Below the pieces are notes generated by a model. The model worked only from the letters and a program-made list of their open reading frames with translations, made no database searches and was not told where the DNA came from. Both the position numbers and the translations under genes were made by a program. Shown here in pieces: positions 9,533 to 18,917 of a stretch of 64,000 nucleotides of DNA (the stretch's first letter is position 1; the number at the start of each line of letters is the position of its first letter). The stretch comes from an uncultured Desulfurococcales archaeon (GTDB lineage Archaea > Thermoproteota > Thermoprotei_A > EX4484-217-1): assembly GCA_964564025.1 (NCBI GenBank), contig CAZLZO010000005.1:712-64711 (forward strand), given 5' to 3'.

Positions 9533-11539
9533 TTAGGGTGGTTTAACAGTAATTCTTCTCCTAAGTATTAGTCTTAATGGGTTGTACTCTACTCCTCCTC
9601 CTTCATAGAATTTTGGAAGGAACTCTACGAAACATAGTCTTAAGGAATGAATGAAAGGTCCTATGATGCTTAATGCTAGGTTTAGTAGGTGTCCGAGGAA
9701 GAAAACTATACCTCCGAAAATTACTCCTAAAACTAAACCCGCTATTCCTGGTAGTATTCCCTGGAAGCCTAGGATTATCATTCTAGCCATTAAATTGAAG
9801 CTAGACGCTAAGTATATTGTTGCGAAAGCTACACCAGCAATTCTAGTATAAGACATTATATCTCCTAGAAGCCCTGTAATGTCAAATATCCACATGAGTG
9901 TTCCGAAAAACCTCATCGACATTATTTGCGAATATGCTAAAAACGCTATGCCAACAATTACTCCGTAAATTAATGTATCATATACGCTATCTGGAAGAGG
10001 AAAGACTTTGAAATTAGCCATTTTGAAGAGTATATATGGTATTCCGAAGATTTCTGATACAAATAAACCTACCTTACTAGCTATAGTTACTTTATCTTTC
10101 TCTAACAACGCCTTTACGAAGCCTAGGAAATGCGCTATGTTAACGTGAACTAGGCCTATACCCATTGCTAAAAGTATTAAAGCTAATGGGTCAGAAAATT
10201 CAGGAACAAGAGGAGGTATGTTTATTCCGAGAAGTTTAAGGGTGTCTCCAAGGTAAGAGCCATAAAGAAAACCTGCAACTATTGAAGCAAAACCTGAAAC
10301 ATAAAGCATCCTCTTAAACATAAGGTAGTTTTCCGATTCAGGGTTTTCAACAAGTCTATCTAGAACATACTTAATAATTAGGATCATAAGTATACCGTAA
10401 ATTACGTCTCCAAGCATAAGACCAAAAAATGTTGCAAAAGAATAGGCTACAAGAGGTGTAGGATCCCATTCCTTATATTTAGGTATGCCATAGAACTTAA
10501 CCAAGGGTTCGAAGTATCTGAGAATATTTAAGTTTCTCATTTTCGTAGGTGGTTCTTCTTCAGGCTTAGCTTTTTCGAAGTTAACGTAAAAGAACTTAAC
10601 ATTATTATGCAGCTCATAAAGGAGTTTTTGCTTAAAACTTTCAGGAACCCATCCTTCAATTAATGTTACGTATTTTGCTCCAGCTGCTTTCTCTAACACA
10701 TTAAGCTTTAACATTTCATTTTCTAAAAGTGTTCTAAGTATGAGTACTTGCTTCAAATTTTCCTCTATTAGTCTTTGGAATTCTTGATTTAGTTTTTCAA
10801 GATTTTTCTCGAATTCAACGCCTCTTTTTTCAAGTTCGCTGATGAACTCATTTATGGGAATGTTTATCTTTTCAAATCTTAGAATAGTTAGGCCAAAATC
10901 CTTAACTATTCTAGTTAAAGCTTCAATTTTCCTTGAAAGACCTACAACAACATAAATTACTTCGGGGGGTTCAGTTATTTCCGCCTTAACTAATACATCA
11001 GCTACTTCCCTTACTTTTTCTTCAAAATCCTTTGCTCGCTCCTTAGATACAACTATTGTTTTGGAAAAAATCACTTTGCCATCAAAATCAAGGTCTATGA
11101 TGTTAAGTTCAGGCCTTATTTTAACTAGTGCTTTAAGATACTTAATTCTAGACTTCATGTCGGAAAGTGTTTGCTGAGTTTCCGAAATTTTCTTTGCCAT
11201 AAATTGCATTTTAGCGTAGATTTCACGAACTGGTTTTTCATATTTTTTGAGAAGTTCAGAAATAGTGTATGGTTCAATTTTTTCCTCTATTTCAACTACG
11301 TATTCCTTACTAATGCCCATTAAGAGTTTATCTATTATTCTTAGTAGATTCTCTATTTCTCCCCTTCTTTTCTCAATAATTTCTCTGTCGAGAGGCTTAA
11401 GCTCCTTAGTTTCTTTAACGTGAATTGCTTGTGATGCGTGAAGAGCCATTAAGACACTGCTAACTTCGTCCTTAACGGTTATTATCCTAGTTTTTAACAT
11501 AGGTTCCGGGGCGCTAAGGATGAAGGGGGGTACTGGCAT
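9533..11539 (-). CDS. atpI: A/V-type ATP synthase subunit I (a)
   Basis: IEGWVP, PPTK..N, YGIPKYKEWDPTP, GDIMSYTRI, HSLRL.FVEF..KFY. Confidence 0.96.
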   Translation of the reverse strand: MPVPPFILSAPEPMLKTRIITVKDEVSSVLMALHASQAIHVKETKELKPLDREIIEKRRGEIENLLRIIDKLLMGISKEYVVEIEEKIEPYTISELLKKYEKPVREIYAKMQFMAKKISETQQTLSDMKSRIKYLKALVKIRPELNIIDLDFDGKVIFSKTIVVSKERAKDFEEKVREVADVLVKAEITEPPEVIYVVVGLSRKIEALTRIVKDFGLTILRFEKINIPINEFISELEKRGVEFEKNLEKLNQEFQRLIEENLKQVLILRTLLENEMLKLNVLEKAAGAKYVTLIEGWVPESFKQKLLYELHNNVKFFYVNFEKAKPEEEPPTKMRNLNILRYFEPLVKFYGIPKYKEWDPTPLVAYSFATFFGLMLGDVIYGILMILIIKYVLDRLVENPESENYLMFKRMLYVSGFASIVAGFLYGSYLGDTLKLLGINIPPLVPEFSDPLALILLAMGIGLVHVNIAHFLGFVKALLEKDKVTIASKVGLFVSEIFGIPYILFKMANFKVFPLPDSVYDTLIYGVIVGIAFLAYSQIMSMRFFGTLMWIFDITGLLGDIMSYTRIAGVAFATIYLASSFNLMARMIILGFQGILPGIAGLVLGVIFGGIVFFLGHLLNLALSIIGPFIHSLRLCFVEFLPKFYEGGGVEYNPLRLILRRRITVKPP

Positions 11540-11540
11540 T

Positions 11541-11855
11541 TTACTGTAACCCCGTTACATACTGGAGGAGCATAAAAACTATTTTCTCCCTTTTTGACTT
11601 AGCTTTCTTTAATAATTCCTGTACTTTATTTTTACCTTCCTTTTCGATTCTCTTTACTTGCTCTTCTGCTTCTGCAAGTATTTCTTCACTCTTTTTCCTA
11701 GCCTCTGTTAGGTCAAGAGGTGCTTCCAGTATTTCTCTTGCTTTTTCCTCAGCTGTTCTCTTAAGCTCCTCCGCTTTTCTTCTTGCTTCCTCTATTAACT
11801 TTTCAGCTTCTCTTTCAATAGCCTCTATTTCTGTAAGCGTTGACACCTTTAGCAA
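11541..11855 (-). CDS. atpH: A/V-type ATP synthase subunit H (G)
   Basis: Charged coiled coil (IEREAEKLIEEARRKAEE); first gene of the operon. Confidence 0.85.
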   Translation of the reverse strand: MLKVSTLTEIEAIEREAEKLIEEARRKAEELKRTAEEKAREILEAPLDLTEARKKSEEILAEAEEQVKRIEKEGKNKVQELLKKAKSKREKIVFMLLQYVTGLQ

Positions 11856-11962
11856 GCCCCTCTTTTTCGCCGTAAAAGCGGGTCGTTTAGTTAAAGGGGA
11901 AAACTCTAAATAAAAATTTCCTCATTAAAACCAAATAGATCAGTTATACTGAGCAAACATTG

Positions 11963-11976
11963 TTAGACGAAGCTAA
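11963..11976. promoter_or_regulatory. candidate DtxR/SirR-type metal operator upstream of feoA
   Basis: TTAG-N6-CTAA inverted repeat about 20 nt upstream of the feoA start. Confidence 0.35.
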
Positions 11977-11996
11977 AACGGGGTGTATCGGAAATA

Positions 11997-12236
11997 GTGA
12001 GTAGGAGTTACATATTTCCTCTATCAATGGCTCCCCCAGGATCTGTAGTTAGAGTTGTTAGGGTATATGCTGGAAGAGGCCTTACTCAGAGACTAATGGA
12101 ATTAGGTTTAACGAACGGTGTTGAAGTAAGGGTTTTGAAAAACGATGTAGGTCCCTTACTTTTACATGTCCGAGGTGTAACAATAGCTTTGGGAAGAGGT
12201 GTTGCGAGTAAAATACTTGTTGAAAAAATTGCGTAA
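11997..12236 (+). CDS. feoA: ferrous iron transport protein A
   Basis: RLMELGL..GVEVRV, GPLLL.VRG..IALGRG.A.KILV. Confidence 0.93.
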   Translation: MSRSYIFPLSMAPPGSVVRVVRVYAGRGLTQRLMELGLTNGVEVRVLKNDVGPLLLHVRGVTIALGRGVASKILVEKIA

Positions 12237-12260
12237 TATACCTTATACCTTAAGCATTCC

Positions 12261-13238
12261 TTATTCCTTACCGAATTTTTCGAGAATATATCTATATGCT
12301 GAGTCAGCAGCTACAGCTCCTTGAGCTGCAGCTGTTATTATTTGTTTAAACATGTTACATGCTGTAGTGCAGTCTCCTGCAGCAAAAAGTCCAGGTATGT
12401 TTGTTGACTGGTCAGGTCCTACTTTTACATAGCCTTTCTCATCCACTTCAACCCCTATTTTCTTAAAGAATTCTTTAGGAGGATCACTTCCTATTTCTAC
12501 GAAAACGCCATTGACACGTATTTTTTCTCCTGTTTCCTTAATTTTTATCCATTCAACAGTTTTTGTACCGCCTATTTCAGCAACATTACTCTTTAGTATA
12601 AGCTGTATTTTTGGATGAGTTGTTAACTTTCTTACGTAAAATGGTTGTGCTTTTAATTTTTCTCTCCTATGAACTAAGTACACTTTTTTAGCGTAATCTG
12701 CAAGAAGTAATGCTGCGCTTGCAGCACTATTTCCTCCCCCTATAACAGCGACTATTTTGTCTTTATAAAGAGGTGCATCACATGGTGCACAGTAGGAAAC
12801 CCCTCTTCCCGAAAATTCCTCTTCTCCAGGAACTCCAAGCTTCTTCCTAATAACGCCTAAAGCTAAAATCACAGTTTTTGACTTGAAATTTTTACCTGAG
12901 GACGTAAGAACATTAAATAATGATTCATTCTTTTTTACATCTAAAACTTCGTCTAAAATTACAGGAACCCTATATTCGCCTAAGTGATCATAGAATTTAT
13001 CTACGAGATCTGGTCCAAGAATGCTCTTAATTCCAGGATAATTCTCCACATATCCTGCTTCGCTCATTTGCCCTCCTTTATCCTTAGTTATGATAATAGT
13101 AGATAGCATATATCTTGCAGCATAAATTCCCGCAGCAATACCTGCTGGACCGCCGCCAACAATAATTACATCGTATATTTTCTTAGTTTCAATACTTTTA
13201 GTTAATTCCATTCTTCTAAAACTTATCTTGAAGGCCAT
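12261..13238 (-). CDS. trxB: thioredoxin-disulfide reductase
   Basis: GGGPAG, GVSYCAPCD, GGGNSA, AAGDC. Confidence 0.93.
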   Translation of the reverse strand: MAFKISFRRMELTKSIETKKIYDVIIVGGGPAGIAAGIYAARYMLSTIIITKDKGGQMSEAGYVENYPGIKSILGPDLVDKFYDHLGEYRVPVILDEVLDVKKNESLFNVLTSSGKNFKSKTVILALGVIRKKLGVPGEEEFSGRGVSYCAPCDAPLYKDKIVAVIGGGNSAASAALLLADYAKKVYLVHRREKLKAQPFYVRKLTTHPKIQLILKSNVAEIGGTKTVEWIKIKETGEKIRVNGVFVEIGSDPPKEFFKKIGVEVDEKGYVKVGPDQSTNIPGLFAAGDCTTACNMFKQIITAAAQGAVAADSAYRYILEKFGKE

Positions 13239-13500
13239 AAGTTCATCCCTTACTATAGGATGCTTCTCCCCGTACTAAGGATAAGTTTTTCACCGCTACG
13301 TAATTTATTGTTACTATGATAAAACGAATTTCTACACTGTCTACTCAATCACCTTATTAGCTATTTTAAATTAATGTTTCATTATAAATTTAGAACTAAG
13401 AAAAATGATTTCTAAATGTAATTAACCGAAATTGATAATTAGTAATAAGCGTTTTTAAGAAAACGATGTTGAAGGGAATTTCCGATATAGCGGCGATATT

Positions 13501-14706
13501 ATGGGTTTTTCAAAATATAGAAGGGAACTTAAAGATGTTTGGGAGGAGCTTGTAGCATTAACGATAACTACTCTTGGAAGTGGCATAACGGGGATGATTT
13601 TCGGCTTAGGAAACATTATTATTGCTATGAAAAGCTCTGTTCTAATGCTTGCACCAGCTAGTATGAGTATGAGAGGAAACATTTATTCTTCCTTAGGTTC
13701 GCGTTTAGGTTCACTTCTTCATTTAGGCTACATTGAACCCAAAATTAGTAGGAACCCTTTACTAATAGAGAACTTACTTGGAGTTTTAGCTTTAAAAACC
13801 TCTATGACCGTTTATATTGGGGTTATTGCTTCTATCGCTTATTTTTTATTTTCAGGTTTCCTTGATTTTATGGATTTAACGTTAATCGCTTTTTTAACAA
13901 CATTTCTTGCATTACCCATAATGTTGGCAGTCACTTTTGCCGTAACATTCATTACATACTCTAGAGGGTTAGACCCGGATAATTTTTCAGCACCAATAAT
14001 AACTTTAGCTGGTGATGTAACATCTCTTCCAATACTTTTTCTTTCAACATACATTGTAGTGAAGCTGTTTCTAGGGTTTAAACTAGCTTTAATCATAGTA
14101 GGCATGGTTATTACAGCGATTTTTGCCTTGTACGTTGTTTTTTCGGGAAAAACTTATCTTAAAAAGATAGTTTATGAGGCAGCACCTGTACTCATGATTT
14201 GCGGCTTACTTGAAATGTTTGCGGGATCAGCATTAGTTATTAATGTTGAGAAAATACTTGAGAAAGCCGGGATATTAACAATAGTGCCAGGTTTTCTTGA
14301 AAATGGTGGAGCATTGGGTGGAATCTTAGCTGCTAGACTTTCCACAAAGCTTCATCTTGGAGAAATAGAGCCTAAACCCATTCCTTCAATGAAGGTGATT
14401 AAGGAGTTTATTAAAGTCTTTGTGGTTTCACTTATAATATATCCTACATTAGGATTCTACGGCTATTTCGTGGCTTTACTTTTAAAATTACCCATACCTT
14501 CTCTCCACATAGTTTTTCTTTCGGTTCTAGTTGCTGGAATAATGCTTTTAGCAGTAACCATATTCATGGTATACTTTGTGTCTATCATAAGTTTCAAGAG
14601 AGGGCTTGACCCGGATAATATAACAATACCCTTAATAACCAGTGGAATCGATGCTACAGGAATGTTTATTTTGCTTTACTCGTTTCTCGCCTTATCCGGG
14701 ATTTAA
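13501..14706 (+). CDS. MgtE-family divalent cation transporter (duplicated MgtE domain)
   Basis: RGNI..SL.SRL...LHLG and GLDPDN...P.IT...D occur twice. Confidence 0.88.
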   Translation: MGFSKYRRELKDVWEELVALTITTLGSGITGMIFGLGNIIIAMKSSVLMLAPASMSMRGNIYSSLGSRLGSLLHLGYIEPKISRNPLLIENLLGVLALKTSMTVYIGVIASIAYFLFSGFLDFMDLTLIAFLTTFLALPIMLAVTFAVTFITYSRGLDPDNFSAPIITLAGDVTSLPILFLSTYIVVKLFLGFKLALIIVGMVITAIFALYVVFSGKTYLKKIVYEAAPVLMICGLLEMFAGSALVINVEKILEKAGILTIVPGFLENGGALGGILAARLSTKLHLGEIEPKPIPSMKVIKEFIKVFVVSLIIYPTLGFYGYFVALLLKLPIPSLHIVFLSVLVAGIMLLAVTIFMVYFVSIISFKRGLDPDNITIPLITSGIDATGMFILLYSFLALSGI

Positions 14707-14746
14707 CGGTAAAGTAGATAATGCTGTAAGAGACTAAGTTATACGT

Positions 14747-14813
14747 AGAACCGCTATGACATTCGAACCCGAGACTGATCGGTGATTGAAGGCCGGTGTC
14801 TAGGAGCGGTTTT
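14747..14813 (+). ncRNA. candidate box C/D guide RNA with tRNA-complementary guides
   Basis: Terminal stem AGAACCGCT/AGCGGTTTT enclosing ATGAC-guide(ATTCGAACCCGAGA)-CTGA-TCG-GTGATTGA-guide(AGGCCGGTGT)-CTAG. Confidence 0.55.
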
Positions 14814-15138
14814 CTTCCTCCATAAACTCCATGATCTTTTTGACGGAGGTTTCAATGTAGTATTCGCCATCATAAATAATTATTTTAAAACCTAAAGATT
14901 CAAGTTTCTCCTTAAGTGCTGAGTTGTTCAAAATTTCTTCAACAAGATGGGTTAACTTAGGATATTCAGGAATGTTGCTTTCGTAAAACCAGAAAAGACC
15001 TCTTAAAGCAATCTTTACACTTCTTTGACCAGTTGCTTTAGTCATTGAAACTATTTTTCTACCTTGCTTTTCTAAGTACTTATGTAATGTTCTAAAGAGA
15101 AGCTCGATGAGTTCTTCCCTTAATTTTTTATTACTCAA
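14800..15138 (-). CDS. hypothetical protein (112 aa)
   Basis: ORF with GAGGT SD and typical codon usage; no recognised motif. Confidence 0.65.
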   Translation of the reverse strand: MSNKKLREELIELLFRTLHKYLEKQGRKIVSMTKATGQRSVKIALRGLFWFYESNIPEYPKLTHLVEEILNNSALKEKLESLGFKIIIYDGEYYIETSVKKIMEFMEEENRS

Positions 15139-15222
15139 ACGTAGTTACCTCTGATGATAAGGTTTAAAGTGAAAAATATAAATACCTACCCTAATTTATC
15201 ATTGTAATGTCATTCTCCGGAA

Positions 15223-17697
15223 GTGTTAGATAATGAGGGATTGCCTATTGGTGAATTGAAGTTTACACCCAAAATAAAGGAGAAACGTTGGAATAAGGAT
15301 AAGGAGAAGGAGCTTAGGGAACTCTGGGATAAGGAGAAAATATATGACTTTAAATTTTCACCTAAGGATGAAAGATCAGTAATTGTAATAGATACGCCAC
15401 CACCTTATCCTTCAGGTAAGTGGCATGTTGGTGGTGCAGCACACTACGCACAAATAGATATGGTTGCAAGATATTTTAGAATGAAGGGGTACAATGTTTT
15501 CCTACCATTCTATGCTGATAGAAACGGCTTACCCGTTGAAGTTCAAGTTGAAAAAACAAAAAACGTTAATCCCCATGAACTAGCTAAGACTCCTGAGGGA
15601 AGACAGAAGTTCCTTGACTTATGTAAGGAGTTCTTAGATAAAGTTGAAAGAGAACTTGTTAGTGTATGGAAAAGGCTTGGATGCAGTTTTTACTACATTA
15701 AAGATGGAACTGATAGTCCAAAATATAGGAGAATGACCCAAGCAACATTCATTGAACTTTGGAAAAAGGGACTCATATATGAAGCTGAAAGACCTGTTAA
15801 TTGGTGTCCCAGATGTAGAACTACACTAAGCGATGCAGAACTTGAACATAGAGAAGAGGAAACCTTACTTTACTATGTCAAGTTTAAAGTTAAAGAAACA
15901 AAGGAGGACATAATTGTTGCTACTACCAGACCAGAACTCTTAGCATCATGTGATGCAGTAATATATAATCCTAAGGATGAGAGATATAAGCATCTTAAAG
16001 GTAAACACGCAATAATACCTCTTTATGGAAAGGAGGTTAGAATTCTAGAGCATCCGGAAGCTAAACCAGAGTTTGGAACAGGGCTTGTCATGGTATGCAG
16101 TTATGGTGATCAAAGAGACACCAGGTTGTTTAAGGAATTAGGGCTTAAACCAACAATTTTAATAACGAAAGAAGGTTTTATGAATGAAAAAGCAGGCTTC
16201 CTTAAGGGATTAAAGGTTAAAGAGGCTAAGAAGAAAATAGCTGAAGAACTTAAGAAGCAAGGGCTTCTTGTTAAAACAGAGAAAATAAAGCATACAGTAC
16301 CGGTCTGTTGGAGATGTAAAACACCTGTAGAGTTCATAAGTGTTAAAGAGTACTTCTTAAAACAGCTTGAGTTCAGAGATGAACTTAAGAAAATAGTTAT
16401 GGAAATGAAGTTCTGCCCTGAATTTCATCGTAGAAAACTTCTTGACTGGATAGATTCAATATCTACGGACTGGCCTATTTCTAGAAGCAGATTTTACGGC
16501 ACAGAAATACCTTTATGGCACTGTAGGAAATGTGGTGCTAAACTAGTTCCTGAACCAGGCAAATACTATATTCCATGGAAGCAAGAGCCTCCCTTCGAGA
16601 AATGCCCTAAATGTGGCGCTCCTAAGGAATTTCTTGATGGGGAAAAGAAAGTTTTCGATACATGGTTTGACTCATCAATTTCAGCGCTTTATGTTAGTGG
16701 GTATATGAGGGATGAAGAGTTTTTCAATAGGGCTTTCGGAAATATCCTTAGACCCCAGGGAATAGACATTGTCGGGACGTGGCTTTACTATTCGATACTT
16801 AGAGTATACCAGTTAACTGGGAAACCCGCTTTCAAATGGGTTAGACTAACGGGAATGGGTCTTGATGAGAAAGGAGAGGCTATGCATAAGAGTAAAGGTA
16901 ATGTAATAGACCCAGACCCTTATGTTGAAAAATATGGAGCTGACGCGTTTAGGTTCTGGGCTGCTGCAGCAGGAAAGCTAGGAAGTGACTATAGATTTTC
17001 AGAACAACTACTTAAAACAGGGAGCCTTTTTGCAACAAAATTATGGAACATAGGTAGATTCATATCAGCGTTTCCAGAACCTAAGAAGGAACCTCAGCTT
17101 AAACCAATAGACTTAATGATTCTTGAAGAATTAAACAGAGTAATTGAGGAATGTGATAGAAGCTATAGTGAATTAGATGTTTACGAACCTATTAACAGAA
17201 TTTACCAGTTCGTATGGAATACTTTTGCATCACACTACATAGAAGCTGTAAAAAGAAGAGCATACAATAGAGATAGAATTTATAGTAGCGAAGAACAGAA
17301 AGCTGCATGGTATACCTTACACACAGTATTCAAAATTTCACTAAAGCTCTTAGCACCAATAATGCCATACATCACTGATTATATTTGGAGGAAAATGTAT
17401 TCTAAAGAAAGTATTCATTTAGAGGAGTTTCCAAAGCCCAATCCAGCATGGAATAAGGGTTACGGTAAGCTTCTTAACAAATTTATTGAGGCAAATAGTG
17501 CTATATGGAAATACAAGAAAGCTCTCAATTTATCGCTTGGCACCGAGCTTAATGCTAAAGTGTATTTATCTAAAGAGCTAAAACCCTTAGCTAACGATAT
17601 TAAAGCTCTCCACAAGATAAAGGAAATTTCCTTCGAAGAACCTAGCGACAAGGCTGAAAAAGTAAGTGAAAATGTTTATATTGAGAAATTAAATTAA
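15223..17697 (+). CDS. valS: valine--tRNA ligase
   Basis: IDTPPPYPSG.WHVG, ATTRPELL, DWPISR, AMHKSKGN. Confidence 0.95.
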   Translation: MLDNEGLPIGELKFTPKIKEKRWNKDKEKELRELWDKEKIYDFKFSPKDERSVIVIDTPPPYPSGKWHVGGAAHYAQIDMVARYFRMKGYNVFLPFYADRNGLPVEVQVEKTKNVNPHELAKTPEGRQKFLDLCKEFLDKVERELVSVWKRLGCSFYYIKDGTDSPKYRRMTQATFIELWKKGLIYEAERPVNWCPRCRTTLSDAELEHREEETLLYYVKFKVKETKEDIIVATTRPELLASCDAVIYNPKDERYKHLKGKHAIIPLYGKEVRILEHPEAKPEFGTGLVMVCSYGDQRDTRLFKELGLKPTILITKEGFMNEKAGFLKGLKVKEAKKKIAEELKKQGLLVKTEKIKHTVPVCWRCKTPVEFISVKEYFLKQLEFRDELKKIVMEMKFCPEFHRRKLLDWIDSISTDWPISRSRFYGTEIPLWHCRKCGAKLVPEPGKYYIPWKQEPPFEKCPKCGAPKEFLDGEKKVFDTWFDSSISALYVSGYMRDEEFFNRAFGNILRPQGIDIVGTWLYYSILRVYQLTGKPAFKWVRLTGMGLDEKGEAMHKSKGNVIDPDPYVEKYGADAFRFWAAAAGKLGSDYRFSEQLLKTGSLFATKLWNIGRFISAFPEPKKEPQLKPIDLMILEELNRVIEECDRSYSELDVYEPINRIYQFVWNTFASHYIEAVKRRAYNRDRIYSSEEQKAAWYTLHTVFKISLKLLAPIMPYITDYIWRKMYSKESIHLEEFPKPNPAWNKGYGKLLNKFIEANSAIWKYKKALNLSLGTELNAKVYLSKELKPLANDIKALHKIKEISFEEPSDKAEKVSENVYIEKLN

Positions 17698-18789
17698 GAA
17701 TTTTCCATTCTCGTAAATTAGCTCTCCATCAGCAAACACTTTTCCCTCTTTCATATCCTTAATCATGTCGATGTGTATTACTGAGAAGTTCTTGCCTCCA
17801 GTTTCAGGAAATCCCATGCCAAGTGCTAAATGTATTGTCCCACCTATTTTTTCGTCGAAAAGTATTTGTCTAGTAAACTTTTTAACATTATAGTTTGTTC
17901 CAAAAGCTACTTCTCCAAGCTTTTTAGCTCCTTCATCTGTTTCAAGGATTTTTCTAAGAAATTCTTTGCCTTCAGAAGCATCTGCTTCAACAACTACCCC
18001 GTCTTTAAACTTAAGTTTAACATTTCTTATTTCAACACCTTGGTAAAGAACGGGATAAGTGAAGACTACTACTCCATTTGCTGAATCTTCTATAGGTGAG
18101 GTAAAGACTTCTCCGTCAGGAAGATTCTTTTTACCATCGGCATTAATCCATTTCCTACCTTCAACATGCACTACGAGATCTGTTCCTGGGCCTATAAAAT
18201 GTAGTTCTTTAACTTTATTTAGAAACTTAACATATCTTTCCTGCTCTTCATGAATTTTCTTCCATGCAGTAACGGGGTCTTCTGAATCAGCATAGCACGC
18301 TTTATAGACGAAGTCTTCAAAGTCTAAAGTTGACATACCGGCTTCCTGTGCCATCGCCGGACTAGGGTAGGGTACAAGAACCCATCTCAATTCTCCTTTA
18401 GCCTCTCTTTCTCTAAGAATTCTAATTATTTCTGTTCTTGCAGTAGCTGCTATTCTTAATTTTTCAGGGTCTATGGTGTTTAGCATTCTTAAATTGTTCT
18501 CAGAATATATTGATATGATTACTGTTGCTTTTTCAACAATTGCTTTCCGTATTGGAGAAACATGTTTAAGCTGCTTTTCTGAAGCCTCTTTGAAAAATAT
18601 TTCTTCAGCAACATCATCAGATAATATCAATAATGGGTTGCCACCAGCTTTAAGAGTTTCTCTAAATATTTCCCTAGCCAAGGGTGTAGCTATGGGTCTA
18701 GAGTAAATAACTACTTCATCTCCATCCCTTACTTCAGTTGAGTATTTTACAACAAGTTTAGCAAGTTTAGAAACTCTTACATCAACCAT
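17689..18789 (-). CDS. M29 family (AmpS/PepS-type) aminopeptidase
   Basis: NLPDGEVFTSP, LGEVAFG, LFDEKIGGTIHLALG, S.IHIDMI. Confidence 0.93.
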   Translation of the reverse strand: MVDVRVSKLAKLVVKYSTEVRDGDEVVIYSRPIATPLAREIFRETLKAGGNPLLILSDDVAEEIFFKEASEKQLKHVSPIRKAIVEKATVIISIYSENNLRMLNTIDPEKLRIAATARTEIIRILREREAKGELRWVLVPYPSPAMAQEAGMSTLDFEDFVYKACYADSEDPVTAWKKIHEEQERYVKFLNKVKELHFIGPGTDLVVHVEGRKWINADGKKNLPDGEVFTSPIEDSANGVVVFTYPVLYQGVEIRNVKLKFKDGVVVEADASEGKEFLRKILETDEGAKKLGEVAFGTNYNVKKFTRQILFDEKIGGTIHLALGMGFPETGGKNFSVIHIDMIKDMKEGKVFADGELIYENGKFLI

Positions 18790-18917
18790 CGGAATAACCA
18801 CCTTGAAGACTAAGTATTATGATATGATTTATAAGGGTAATATTTAAATCATTAAACAAGTAAGTATATTGGATTCTTCGTTTAAATTAAGGTGACCACT
18901 TATAAGGTGGTTTAGTA

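Noticed and set aside
14750..14805. Minus strand resembles a tRNA fragment (CCGGC-CTTCAAT...GGGTTCGAAT), with a TCA triplet suggesting tRNA-Sec or an att site
   Set aside because: No anticodon, T or acceptor stem can form; the similarity is explained by antisense guides of a plus-strand C/D RNA.
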